Part shown: piece after piece, positions 9,581-17,495 of the stretch
How the letters are laid out: each line of letters opens with the position of its first letter
Position numbering within the stretch: position 1 is the first letter of the stretch
Source: a virus
IMG/VR virus record: IMGVR_UViG_3300021062_000001
DNA length: 64,000 nucleotides
Direction: 5' to 3' (one strand)
Made by a program: the position numbers and the translations under genes
The notes under the pieces: model-generated
Database searches by the model: none
What the model was told of the DNA's origin: nothing
The model's input: only the letters and a program-made list of their open reading frames with translations

Positions 9581-10282
9581 ATGCTCGTCGTGTACACCGC
9601 CATCATCGGCGGCAAAGGACCAGACCGGCTCCGGCCGCTGCCGGTAGCCCGCGACCCGATGGGCCGCCCGGTGAAGTACGTGTGCTTCACGGACGGCTTC
9701 AGCTTCAACTTCACCGACCCGCCCAACCCGCCCGGTGCCCCCGACTGGGAACTCCGCCTCCCGGCGTGGGAGCACGAGGACTCGCCCCGCCGCACCGCCC
9801 GCTGGCACAAGGTCATGGCCCACCAGGCCCTGGCCGCCGACGCCCCGCACTACAGCCTCTGGCTCGACGGGTCGCACCAGCTCGACGTCGAGCCGTGGTC
9901 GCTCGTCGACCGCTACCTCTCCAGGACGGCGGCGATCGCCACGTTCAAGCACTGCCAACGGGACTGCGTGTACGAGGAGGGCAAGGCGTGCGTACAGCTC
10001 CGCAAGGACGACCCGGCCGTGATCGCCCGGCAGCTCGACCGCTACCGCAAGGAAGGCGTGAAGCCGCACGCCGGGCTGTTCGAGACCAGCGTGTTCCTCC
10101 GCCGCCACCACCAACGGCCCGAGGTCGACCGGTTCAACGAACTGTGGTGGGCCGAGATGACGGCCGACAGCCTGAGGGACCAGCTCAGCGTGAACTACGC
10201 CGCGCGCAAGGTCGGGCTGCCGTACAACCACGTCGCCGGCACCAGGTACAAGAGCCCCTACTTCACCTTCTACCCCCACTGA
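9581..10282 (+). CDS. DUF616-type putative glycosyltransferase
   Basis: MLVVYTAIIGGKGPDRL...CFTD...ARWHKV...LWLDGS resembles the DUF616 (TOD1/MUCI70-like) pattern. Confidence 0.55.
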   Translation: MLVVYTAIIGGKGPDRLRPLPVARDPMGRPVKYVCFTDGFSFNFTDPPNPPGAPDWELRLPAWEHEDSPRRTARWHKVMAHQALAADAPHYSLWLDGSHQLDVEPWSLVDRYLSRTAAIATFKHCQRDCVYEEGKACVQLRKDDPAVIARQLDRYRKEGVKPHAGLFETSVFLRRHHQRPEVDRFNELWWAEMTADSLRDQLSVNYAARKVGLPYNHVAGTRYKSPYFTFYPH

Positions 10283-10292
10283 GGTGAACCAC

Positions 10293-11363
10293 ATGCGTCT
10301 GGGCATCTTCGCACCCTACAACCGTGGCGAGGCGACGGCGATGGCCGTCCGCCTGGCCTTCGCGGCCATGCGCGGCGGCTGGACCGTCCGCTGGCTCGCC
10401 CCCTGCAAGACGGACCGCATCCACCCGTACTGGGACGACAACGTCCGCCTCGCCACCCGCGGCCGCGTGCCCGAGTGGTCGAGGAAGACGGACTGCCGCG
10501 TGTGGTTCGGCCTCGACAACAAGATCCTCCGCCTCGCCCAGTCGGCCAACCACCGGGCCAAGGACATCCTCGTGCCGCCCTGGCACTCGATCGTCGCCGC
10601 CGACCACGCGACGATCGCCGCGTTCAACACGATCGTGTGCCCCAACCGCCCGATGATGCGAGCCCTTGAGGCGGCCTTCGGCAACCAGGGGGCCTTCCGG
10701 GTGTGCGAGTGGCCCAGCGGCATCAAGCCCACGCTCCGCCACGGCTTCCTCCGCCACGGCAGCCCCAAGGCGATCCTCGTCGCCGACTCGCACACCTGCC
10801 GGCACCACGGGCTCGACGTGCTGACGGCCGCCGGCCGCCTGCTGGCCGACATGCCCACGCTCCGGCTCGCCCTCGCCCTCGACCTCGCCCCCGACCGCCG
10901 GGAGCACGCCGCCCTCCGCCGGCTCATGGCCGACAACGAGGACCGCCTCTCCGCCGGCCTGCGGGTCGGAGTCGACACGCTGATGTCCGAGATCAACCAG
11001 GCCGACTGGCTGGTGGACGCGAGCCTGCGGCACGGGAGCGGGCTGCTCGTCAGCCAGGCCCGGGCGATGGGCGTGGCCCCGGTGGCGTGGCGGGTCAACC
11101 CGATGGACGGCGTGATCTGCGACGACCTGTTGCGGGGCCGCGACGGCCTGCTGGTCGACTGCGGGCACACGACGAGCATGTGCGGGGCCGAGACGGCCGA
11201 GTGGGACACGGACGCCCTGGTGGCGGCCTGCGACGACACGCTGTGCGACCCGCACAAGCTGATCCGCAAGCAGACGTACAGCTTCCGCCGGGCCGAGATG
11301 ACGCACGACGAGATCTTCCGGTCCTTCTGGCAGGAGGCCCTGGAAGTGCAGACGGTCCGCTGA
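10293..11363 (+). CDS. putative GT-B (GT4-like) glycosyltransferase
   Basis: ATG 10293 after GAGGTG; MRLGIFAPYNRGEATAMAVRLA start and HGSGLLVSQARAMGVAPVAW resemble GT4 N- and C-terminal motifs. Confidence 0.5.
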   Translation: MRLGIFAPYNRGEATAMAVRLAFAAMRGGWTVRWLAPCKTDRIHPYWDDNVRLATRGRVPEWSRKTDCRVWFGLDNKILRLAQSANHRAKDILVPPWHSIVAADHATIAAFNTIVCPNRPMMRALEAAFGNQGAFRVCEWPSGIKPTLRHGFLRHGSPKAILVADSHTCRHHGLDVLTAAGRLLADMPTLRLALALDLAPDRREHAALRRLMADNEDRLSAGLRVGVDTLMSEINQADWLVDASLRHGSGLLVSQARAMGVAPVAWRVNPMDGVICDDLLRGRDGLLVDCGHTTSMCGAETAEWDTDALVAACDDTLCDPHKLIRKQTYSFRRAEMTHDEIFRSFWQEALEVQTVR

Positions 11364-11391
11364 CTCGCTATTGTCACCCTTTTGTGGGATA

Positions 11392-11420
11392 GTTTTCAAA
11401 ACCGGTTTTTAGAAGAAGGA
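11392..11420 (+). promoter_or_regulatory. palindromic box copy 2 (GTTTTCAAAACCGGTTTTTAGAAGAAGGA)
   Basis: Core 11398-11409; 22 nt before ATG 11432 (tubulin gene). Confidence 0.6.
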
Positions 11421-11431
11421 GCTTCGCACCG

Positions 11432-12703
11432 ATGTCCAACGACGCAGAACAACGCATGGCCGCCAGCACCGACGCCGCCGCCCGCAAGCCCGCCGCCGTG
11501 GCCGTCTCGGCCCCGCGGCCCCGCCCCGGGATCGCGAACGTGGCCGCCCAGGTCGCCAACGCAAACCGCTCGACCGCCACCAAGCCCCAGAAGATCGAGG
11601 ACGCGTTCGACCACGAGGTCGCGTTCCGCTTCGCCTTCCTCGGTGCCGGGCAGGGCGGCGGCCGGATCGCCAACGCGTTCTACGAGCTGGGCTACCGCCG
11701 GGTGGGCGTGTTCAACACGACCGACTCCGACTTCAACGGGCTGAACGAGGACATCGTCAAGCTGAACCTGAAGACGGGCGGGTCGGCCAAGGACACCGAG
11801 CTGGCCCGCCGCTCGCTCTCGGGCCGGGAAGAGGAGGTCCGCGACCTCCTGACCAAGGCGTGGGGCCAGGACGTCGACGTCGCCATGATCTCGGCCAGCC
11901 TCGGCGGCGGCACGGGCAGCGGCACGGCCCCCGAGCTGGTGAAGATCGCCCGCCAGTACCTCAAGGACCAGGGCAAGCCCGCCCGCGTCGGCGCGATCGT
12001 CAGCCTGCCCAACCGGGCCGAGGGCTTCCAGGTCTGCCGCAACGCCGTGAACGGGTTCAAGGCCCTGCAGGAGATGGGGGTCAGCCCGCTGATCGTCATC
12101 GACAACGCCCGGGTCGAACAGGTCTACCAGCCGTCGTTCACGAAGGTGTTCGCCACGGCCAACCAGACGGCCAGCACCTACCTGCACCTGTTCAACCAGC
12201 TCGCCGCCGTCCACTCCGAGTTCATCACGTTCGACAAGAGCGAGTTCGCCCAGCTGCTCGACAGCGGGCTCGTCGTGATGGGCACGAGCGACATCCAGCA
12301 GATCGACAGCCCGGCCGACATCAGCTCGGCCATCCGCGACCAGATCGCCGGCAGCGTGCTCGCCCAGGTCGACCTGACCACGGGCAACACGGCCGCCTGC
12401 CTGTTCGTCGGGTCGCAGGACGTGCTCGACCGCTTCACCACGGCGTACTTCGACGCCGGGTTCACCCAGCTCAACCGTACGCTCGCCACGAACAAGCCCG
12501 AGGGCACGCGGACCGTCGTGCACCGGGGCGTGTACCTCGGGGCCGACCCGGGGCTGCAGGCGTACGTCATGGTCGGCGGGCTCGCCCTGCCGTTCGCGTT
12601 GCTCGCCGATCTGGCCAAGGAGGGCGGTATCCCCGCCGGCGGGGGCGGCAACAGCCGTCTCGCCTCGTACCTGGGAGTGGAAGACGCACAGGCCCCGAAG
12701 TAG
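11432..12703 (+). CDS. tubulin/FtsZ-superfamily GTPase (PhuZ/TubZ-like)
   Basis: GAGQGGGRIANAF (T1-like), tubulin signature SLGGGTGSGTAPE (GGGTGSG), VIDNARV. Confidence 0.85.
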   Translation: MSNDAEQRMAASTDAAARKPAAVAVSAPRPRPGIANVAAQVANANRSTATKPQKIEDAFDHEVAFRFAFLGAGQGGGRIANAFYELGYRRVGVFNTTDSDFNGLNEDIVKLNLKTGGSAKDTELARRSLSGREEEVRDLLTKAWGQDVDVAMISASLGGGTGSGTAPELVKIARQYLKDQGKPARVGAIVSLPNRAEGFQVCRNAVNGFKALQEMGVSPLIVIDNARVEQVYQPSFTKVFATANQTASTYLHLFNQLAAVHSEFITFDKSEFAQLLDSGLVVMGTSDIQQIDSPADISSAIRDQIAGSVLAQVDLTTGNTAACLFVGSQDVLDRFTTAYFDAGFTQLNRTLATNKPEGTRTVVHRGVYLGADPGLQAYVMVGGLALPFALLADLAKEGGIPAGGGGNSRLASYLGVEDAQAPK

Positions 12704-12765
12704 GGTTTCCCGGTCGCGCCTAACATCCCGGGCCGTCTGACGTGTCATGGTCATGGAGGACCGAG

Positions 12766-13113
12766 ATGCGACTGCTGCTCGTGGAGGATACGCCGTGCAT
12801 CGGTAGGGCGTTCCAACGCCTACTCCAGTCTCTCGGCCACGAGGTCGAGTGGGCGCAGACGTTCTCGGCCGGCGTGGCGCTGTGCAGGGAGTGCGAGTAC
12901 GACCTCGTGCTCACGGACATCGGGTTGCCGGACGGCGACGGCATGGACCTGATCCCCACCGTGGGGCGGGTCCGTGCCGTCGTCATTTCCGCCTACTCCG
13001 ACCCCGAGCGCATCGCGGCGGCCCGAGCCCTCGGCTACCTCGACTACATCGTGAAGCCGTGCGACTTCGACATGCTCAAAGCGGTCGTCGAGCGGTGTGC
13101 CCTCGCCTCTTGA
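12766..13113 (+). CDS. stand-alone response-regulator receiver (CheY-like REC) domain
   Basis: ATG 12766 after GGAGG; MRLLLVEDT, DLVLTDIGLPDGDG (phospho-acceptor Asp), VISAYS, YIVKP (Lys). Confidence 0.85.
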   Translation: MRLLLVEDTPCIGRAFQRLLQSLGHEVEWAQTFSAGVALCRECEYDLVLTDIGLPDGDGMDLIPTVGRVRAVVISAYSDPERIAAARALGYLDYIVKPCDFDMLKAVVERCALAS

Positions 13114-13138
13114 CTTCCACCCGTTCGGGGGAGAGACT
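13110..13138 (+). promoter_or_regulatory. sigma70-like promoter candidate with GC mini-hairpin spacer
   Basis: TTGACT-N17(tccaCCCGTTCGGGGGa)-GAGACT; -10 ends 8 nt before ATG 13147 (possibly leaderless). Confidence 0.35.
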
Positions 13139-13146
13139 CCTCCCCC

Positions 13147-13542
13147 ATGCCACCTCCGAACAAACCCATCCCGACCCTGATGCAGCACCTGCGTCGGGCG
13201 TACGGCGAGCGTGTGCTGGAGCTTCGCAAGGCCTCCGACGCGTCTCGCTCCCCGGCCCCGGAAGGGACCAAGCACGCCTCGGCCTACCCGGACACGCCCG
13301 AGGGCAAGGCGTACCAGGCCGCGATCAGCCTCGACGGGTTCGTCGGCTTCTGCGAGGACTACCTCAACGAGCACCGCGTCACGGCCCCGTGGTACGCCGA
13401 CGACGGGCTCGGGCTCATCTTCGCCGACAACACCCGGGTCACGATCAACGTGCAGGGCGAGAACGCCAACAGCGGGCAGATGCAGCCCAGCGGGGCGGTC
13501 GACGTGATGGAAGGCAAGGGGTTCGGCTCCCACCCGATCTGA
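13147..13542 (+). CDS. hypothetical protein
   Basis: 131 aa ORF, GC3-rich. Confidence 0.65.
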   Translation: MPPPNKPIPTLMQHLRRAYGERVLELRKASDASRSPAPEGTKHASAYPDTPEGKAYQAAISLDGFVGFCEDYLNEHRVTAPWYADDGLGLIFADNTRVTINVQGENANSGQMQPSGAVDVMEGKGFGSHPI

Positions 13543-13546
13543 CGCC

Positions 13547-13861
13547 ATGGTCGACTCCACCGACACCGACGTGGTCTACTTCGCCAGCATGTACGGCGGC
13601 GGGGACCTCATCCGCGTCGACGCCTGCACGCTGGAGAAGTTCGAGGCGTTCGCTCGCCGCAAGTACGGCACGCCCGAGGATCACAAGGACTGGTTCTCGA
13701 AGCTGTTCGTCGACGAGCGGCCCATGCAGATGCTGGAGCTGCTCAAGGCCGGCAAGCCGGTCGAGGCGTGGGAGAGCAAGCAGGGCTGGATCGCCGCCGC
13801 ACGGTCGAGGATCGAGGCCGTCCGGCAGCTGATCGGCGTGATGGAGCGGCTGAAACTATGA
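13547..13861 (+). CDS. hypothetical protein
   Basis: 104 aa ORF, GC3-rich; stop overlaps next start (ATGA). Confidence 0.65.
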   Translation: MVDSTDTDVVYFASMYGGGDLIRVDACTLEKFEAFARRKYGTPEDHKDWFSKLFVDERPMQMLELLKAGKPVEAWESKQGWIAAARSRIEAVRQLIGVMERLKL

Positions 13862-14577
13862 AGAACCACGGATACTTCAAGACGCCCGAGCACGGCCTCC
13901 AGCTGGAGGAGACGATCACGGCCAACGACGCCGAGGGCGTGCGTCACCTGTTCCGCTACTGGTGGGCGTTCGACGTCGGCCGGCTGATGAACACGGCCCG
14001 CGTCCACGACCTCGGGTGCGGCGGCGGGTACGGCTCCCGCATCCTGCTGGAAATCCCCGAGGTCAAGCGGGTCGTCGGCGTGGACCTGCAGCCCGCCGCC
14101 CTGAACATGGCCCGGGGCGACTACGCCGATCCGCGGCTGGCGTGGGCCGAGTTCCACCTGGAGAACCACTGGGAGGACCACAAGGAGACGGCGGAGCCGG
14201 CCGACCTGATCGCCGCCTTCGAGGTCTTCGAGATGCTCAAGCACCGGGAGTTCTTCCTGGAGCAGGCGGCGGCCAAGCTCGCCAACGACGGCGTCCTGCT
14301 GCTGTCGGCGAACTTCGTCGGCCGGCAGAAGTGCCACTCGGCCCCGACCGACGCGTACTTCCATTACAACCGCCCGGTCCTCGAACGGCTGCTGAAGCGG
14401 TACTTCGGCGTCGTGAAGTTCGCCCAGGACTCCAAGCCCGAGGACGGCGACGTCCTGTTCAAGCTGAAGCACCACTACGACGCGGTCGTCCGCAAGGCGG
14501 CCGTGAACACCACGAAGAAGTTCGAGCCCTACCCCGTGGGCGACAACGCGATCTTCTGTGCCCAGCCGCTGCGGTAA
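13858..14577 (+). CDS. class I SAM-dependent methyltransferase
   Basis: ATG 13858; motif I VHDLGCGGGYGSRILLE, then VVGVDL; Rossmann-type layout. Confidence 0.75.
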   Translation: MKNHGYFKTPEHGLQLEETITANDAEGVRHLFRYWWAFDVGRLMNTARVHDLGCGGGYGSRILLEIPEVKRVVGVDLQPAALNMARGDYADPRLAWAEFHLENHWEDHKETAEPADLIAAFEVFEMLKHREFFLEQAAAKLANDGVLLLSANFVGRQKCHSAPTDAYFHYNRPVLERLLKRYFGVVKFAQDSKPEDGDVLFKLKHHYDAVVRKAAVNTTKKFEPYPVGDNAIFCAQPLR

Positions 14578-14629
14578 GGTCCGCACGCGGCACGTTCCCC
14601 TGACCCGTAAAGAAGAGAAGGAGCCCACC

Positions 14630-15487
14630 ATGGGCGGTAGCAACCACGCCTCCGAGCCCGAGCAGAAGCCCGAGCCCGTCGAGTCGAAGCAGATGGGCAA
14701 GATCCCTCGGCCCGACATCCGCGACGAGCACCTGAAGGCGATCGGCGGCCTGTTCTTCGACAACTTCTGCGCCGAGCACAACGTGCCCGACCAGATGCGG
14801 CCGAGCGTCGACCCCAAGCCGTTCATGAACTGGCTGCCGACGCAGGTGGCGAAGTACACGTACGAGACCCTGCAGGCGGCGCTGGAGCCGGTGAAGATCA
14901 CGCCCGACTCCGCCCGGTTCATGCTGGAGCTGCCGTTCAAGGGCTACGGGCCGAACCACATCATCGCCCTGTGGCCGTTCCTGACGCTCAAGGACCGCCC
15001 CCGCAGGCACCAGGTCCACAGCGTGAACATGATGGTGGCGATCCAGTTCGTCGACGGCACGGTCGTGCCGATCAACATGCTGGCCCACAAGGACGTCAGC
15101 AGCGAGCCGCTCGACGACGCCCACGTCGTGCACCTGGTCATCACCCGCACGCCGGACATCGCCACCCAGATCAGCCTCGCCGGCCTCGACGTGCTGCACG
15201 ACAAGCACGCCCCCAAGATGCAGGGCTTCGTCTCGCCGAAGATCGTGGGCCTGGTCAGGCAGCTGATCGCCAAGGCACCCACGGCCGCGGGGCACAGCGG
15301 CGAGGGCGTCGTGGACGTCGCCGACCCGACCGCGATCCGCCTCACCGACGAGGACCGGCACAAGGCCAACATGCTGATCTCGTTCGTCGAGCAGCTCTTC
15401 CCGGGCGAGATCCCGGACAACGTGAAGGCCAAGATCACCGGCCAGCACCTGAAGCAGGAGACGCCGGGCGGGTTCGACGAGGGTTGA
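14630..15487 (+). CDS. hypothetical protein
   Basis: ATG 14630 after AAGGAG; 285 aa; GC3-rich. Confidence 0.65.
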   Translation: MGGSNHASEPEQKPEPVESKQMGKIPRPDIRDEHLKAIGGLFFDNFCAEHNVPDQMRPSVDPKPFMNWLPTQVAKYTYETLQAALEPVKITPDSARFMLELPFKGYGPNHIIALWPFLTLKDRPRRHQVHSVNMMVAIQFVDGTVVPINMLAHKDVSSEPLDDAHVVHLVITRTPDIATQISLAGLDVLHDKHAPKMQGFVSPKIVGLVRQLIAKAPTAAGHSGEGVVDVADPTAIRLTDEDRHKANMLISFVEQLFPGEIPDNVKAKITGQHLKQETPGGFDEG

Positions 15488-15533
15488 GCCCCCGAAACGA
15501 GTTGCACGCCTCCGTGCGATGTGAGGAAGCGGG

Positions 15534-15564
15534 CCGTCCCGGTCGGGGCGGCTCGTCTTCGTTG
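15534..15564 (+). terminator. weak terminator-like hairpin
   Basis: CCGTCCC-GGTC-GGGGCGG stem-loop followed by CTCGTCTTCGTT. Confidence 0.35.
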
Positions 15565-15590
15565 ACGCTAAACGTGCGGGCGGCGATGAT
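15562..15590 (+). promoter_or_regulatory. sigma70-like promoter candidate
   Basis: TTGACG-N17-GATGAT upstream of the 15638 gene. Confidence 0.35.
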
Positions 15591-15596
15591 GGGTTC

Positions 15597-15610
15597 TGTC
15601 AAGGATGACA
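15597..15610 (+). promoter_or_regulatory. leader hairpin with AAGGAU hexaloop (candidate CsrA site)
   Basis: UGUC-AAGGAU-GACA; second GGA in the SD at 15628-15630, 25 nt away. Confidence 0.4.
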
Positions 15611-15637
15611 ACGCCCCCGAAGTCAAAGGAGTGACAG

Positions 15638-16237
15638 ATGCCCGCCAAGAGTAAGAGCCAGCAGCGGTTCTTCGGTATGGTCCACGCCGCGCAGAAGGGC
15701 GGGAAGGGGACCAAGAACCCCGCCGTCGCCTCCGCCGCCAAGAAGATGAGCCCCGACAGCGTCGGGCACTTCGCCAAGACGAAGCACAAGGGCCTGCCGG
15801 ACAAGAAGGCCGCCGCCAAGTTCGCCGCCGACGCCGCCACCGTGCTCGCCGTCGAGGAGCCCGCGTTCTCGAAGGTGGCCGCGGACGTGCTCCGCTCCCA
15901 CGACCTCCACTGGGCGATCTTCAACGCCTTCCCCACCCGGACCAAGCAGGCCCGGGAGCGGATCTTCTCCGTCATCGTCAAGGCCGCCTCCGCCCTCCAG
16001 AAGCGGGCGAACGGCATGGGCATGGGCGGGGCCGCCCCGATGCCGGCCGGTGCCGACGCCGGCGGGGCGGGCGGGGACATGATGGGCATGGGGGCCGCCC
16101 TCGGCGGCATGGGCGCTGCCCCGGGCGGGATGGCCAGCGCCGGCAGCGGCATGGGCTCGCCGCCCGCCCAGAACGTCCCGACCACGAGCCCGATGAGCTT
16201 CAACGGCAGCCCCACCCAGGGCTTCGCAGGCTTCTAA
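15638..16237 (+). CDS. DUF3008-like protein with Met/Gly-rich C-terminal half
   Basis: KSKSQQRFFGMVHAAQKGGKG...MSPDSVGHFAKTKHKGLP resembles the DUF3008 pattern common in phages. Confidence 0.6.
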   Translation: MPAKSKSQQRFFGMVHAAQKGGKGTKNPAVASAAKKMSPDSVGHFAKTKHKGLPDKKAAAKFAADAATVLAVEEPAFSKVAADVLRSHDLHWAIFNAFPTRTKQARERIFSVIVKAASALQKRANGMGMGGAAPMPAGADAGGAGGDMMGMGAALGGMGAAPGGMASAGSGMGSPPAQNVPTTSPMSFNGSPTQGFAGF

Positions 16238-16325
16238 CCACCTCGTCGTGATCTGTCCGAGACGGCTTTACCTTAGGACCGGCGGGCGGGGCCTGGTAAT
16301 CCCGCCCGCCGCCTGAGGTGACCGC

Positions 16326-16349
16326 GATCTCAAAACCGGTTTTTGGATC
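16326..16349 (+). promoter_or_regulatory. palindromic box copy 3 (GATCTCAAAACCGGTTTTTGGATC)
   Basis: Core 16332-16343; 29 nt before ATG 16373; GATC on both flanks. Confidence 0.6.
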
Positions 16350-16372
16350 TCCTCAAGGAAGAGGGTATTCGC

Positions 16373-17410
16373 ATGCAACACAACGCCCGCATGGACGCGA
16401 ACAAGCTGTACGTCGTCACCGCGATCTCGAACCCGGTGAGGTACGCCAGCCGCTACAAGCTGTACTTCGAGTTCGAGAAGCGGATGCGGGACGCCGGCGT
16501 CACGCTCATCACGGTCGAGGTGCAGCTGGGCGACCGCCCGTTCTGCGTCACCGAGCGTGACAACGTGAACCACGTCCAGCTCCGCACCTGGTCCGAGATC
16601 TGGCACAAGGAGAACGCCCTCAACATCGGCGTGCAGCACCTGTCGCAGATCCACCCGGACTGGGAGTACGTCGGCTGGTTCGACGCGGACATCAGCTTCG
16701 CCAACCCGGCCTGGGCCACGGAGACGATCCAGGCCCTCCAGCACCACATGCTCGTGCAGCCGTGGTCGCACACGCTCGACCTGAAGCCGGACTTCGCCCC
16801 GTGCGAGTGGTTCTACAAGACGGGGAAGGAGACGCTGAAGCCCGCGAGCTGGGGCTACTGCCACGTCAACGGCGTGCCGATGGCCAACACGGACCTGGGC
16901 AAGAGCCTGGCCAACGGCGGGAAGATGGACCGCAGCTGTGACGGGTACGGCGAGCAGGGCGGCACGTACTACTGGCACCCGGGCTTCGCCTGGGCCGCGC
17001 GGCGTGAGGCGTGGGACCACCTGGGCGGGCTGATCGACTACAGCATCCTCGGGGCCGCGGACTACATCATGGGGGCGGCGCTCACGGGGAAGGGAGAGGT
17101 CGGCCTCGCCTCGTGGATGCACCCGAACTACGTCCGGTGGATCAAGCAGTGGAAGGACCGGGCCGACAAGTACATCCAGGGCGACGTCGGGTACGTGCCC
17201 GGCCTGCTCCTGCACTACTGGCACGGGAAGAAGGCCCAGCGGGGCTACAAGGACCGGTGGCGGATCTTCCACGACCACGGCTTCGACCCCGAGCTGGACC
17301 TGAAGCGTGACAGCCAGGGCCTGTACCAGCTGACCGACCGCAGCCCCGGCCTCCGCGACGGGTGCCGGGCGTACTTCCGCCAGCGGAACGAGGACAGCGT
17401 CGACTGCTAG
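16373..17410 (+). CDS. putative GT-A fold glycosyltransferase
   Basis: ATG 16373 after AAGGAAGAGG; LYVVTAISNPVRY..., DxD-like WFDADISF. Confidence 0.5.
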   Translation: MQHNARMDANKLYVVTAISNPVRYASRYKLYFEFEKRMRDAGVTLITVEVQLGDRPFCVTERDNVNHVQLRTWSEIWHKENALNIGVQHLSQIHPDWEYVGWFDADISFANPAWATETIQALQHHMLVQPWSHTLDLKPDFAPCEWFYKTGKETLKPASWGYCHVNGVPMANTDLGKSLANGGKMDRSCDGYGEQGGTYYWHPGFAWAARREAWDHLGGLIDYSILGAADYIMGAALTGKGEVGLASWMHPNYVRWIKQWKDRADKYIQGDVGYVPGLLLHYWHGKKAQRGYKDRWRIFHDHGFDPELDLKRDSQGLYQLTDRSPGLRDGCRAYFRQRNEDSVDC

Positions 17411-17495
17411 GGGCGACCGTCCCCGCAAACGACCCTCGGCGGTTTTCAGACCCCGTTAGACCAGTAGCATCACCAGCACAGAGGAGACCAGACAG

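Noticed and set aside
11371-11395. CCCTTTTGTGGG/CCCCTTTGTGGGGG mini-hairpins upstream of box copies 1 and 2 (4626-4640, 11377-11389) as promoter elements
   Set aside because: TTGTCA...TAGTTT at 11371 has only a 13-nt spacer. TTGTGG-N17-TAAGAT at 4631-4659 is weak. With only two occurrences this is not enough to claim a motif.
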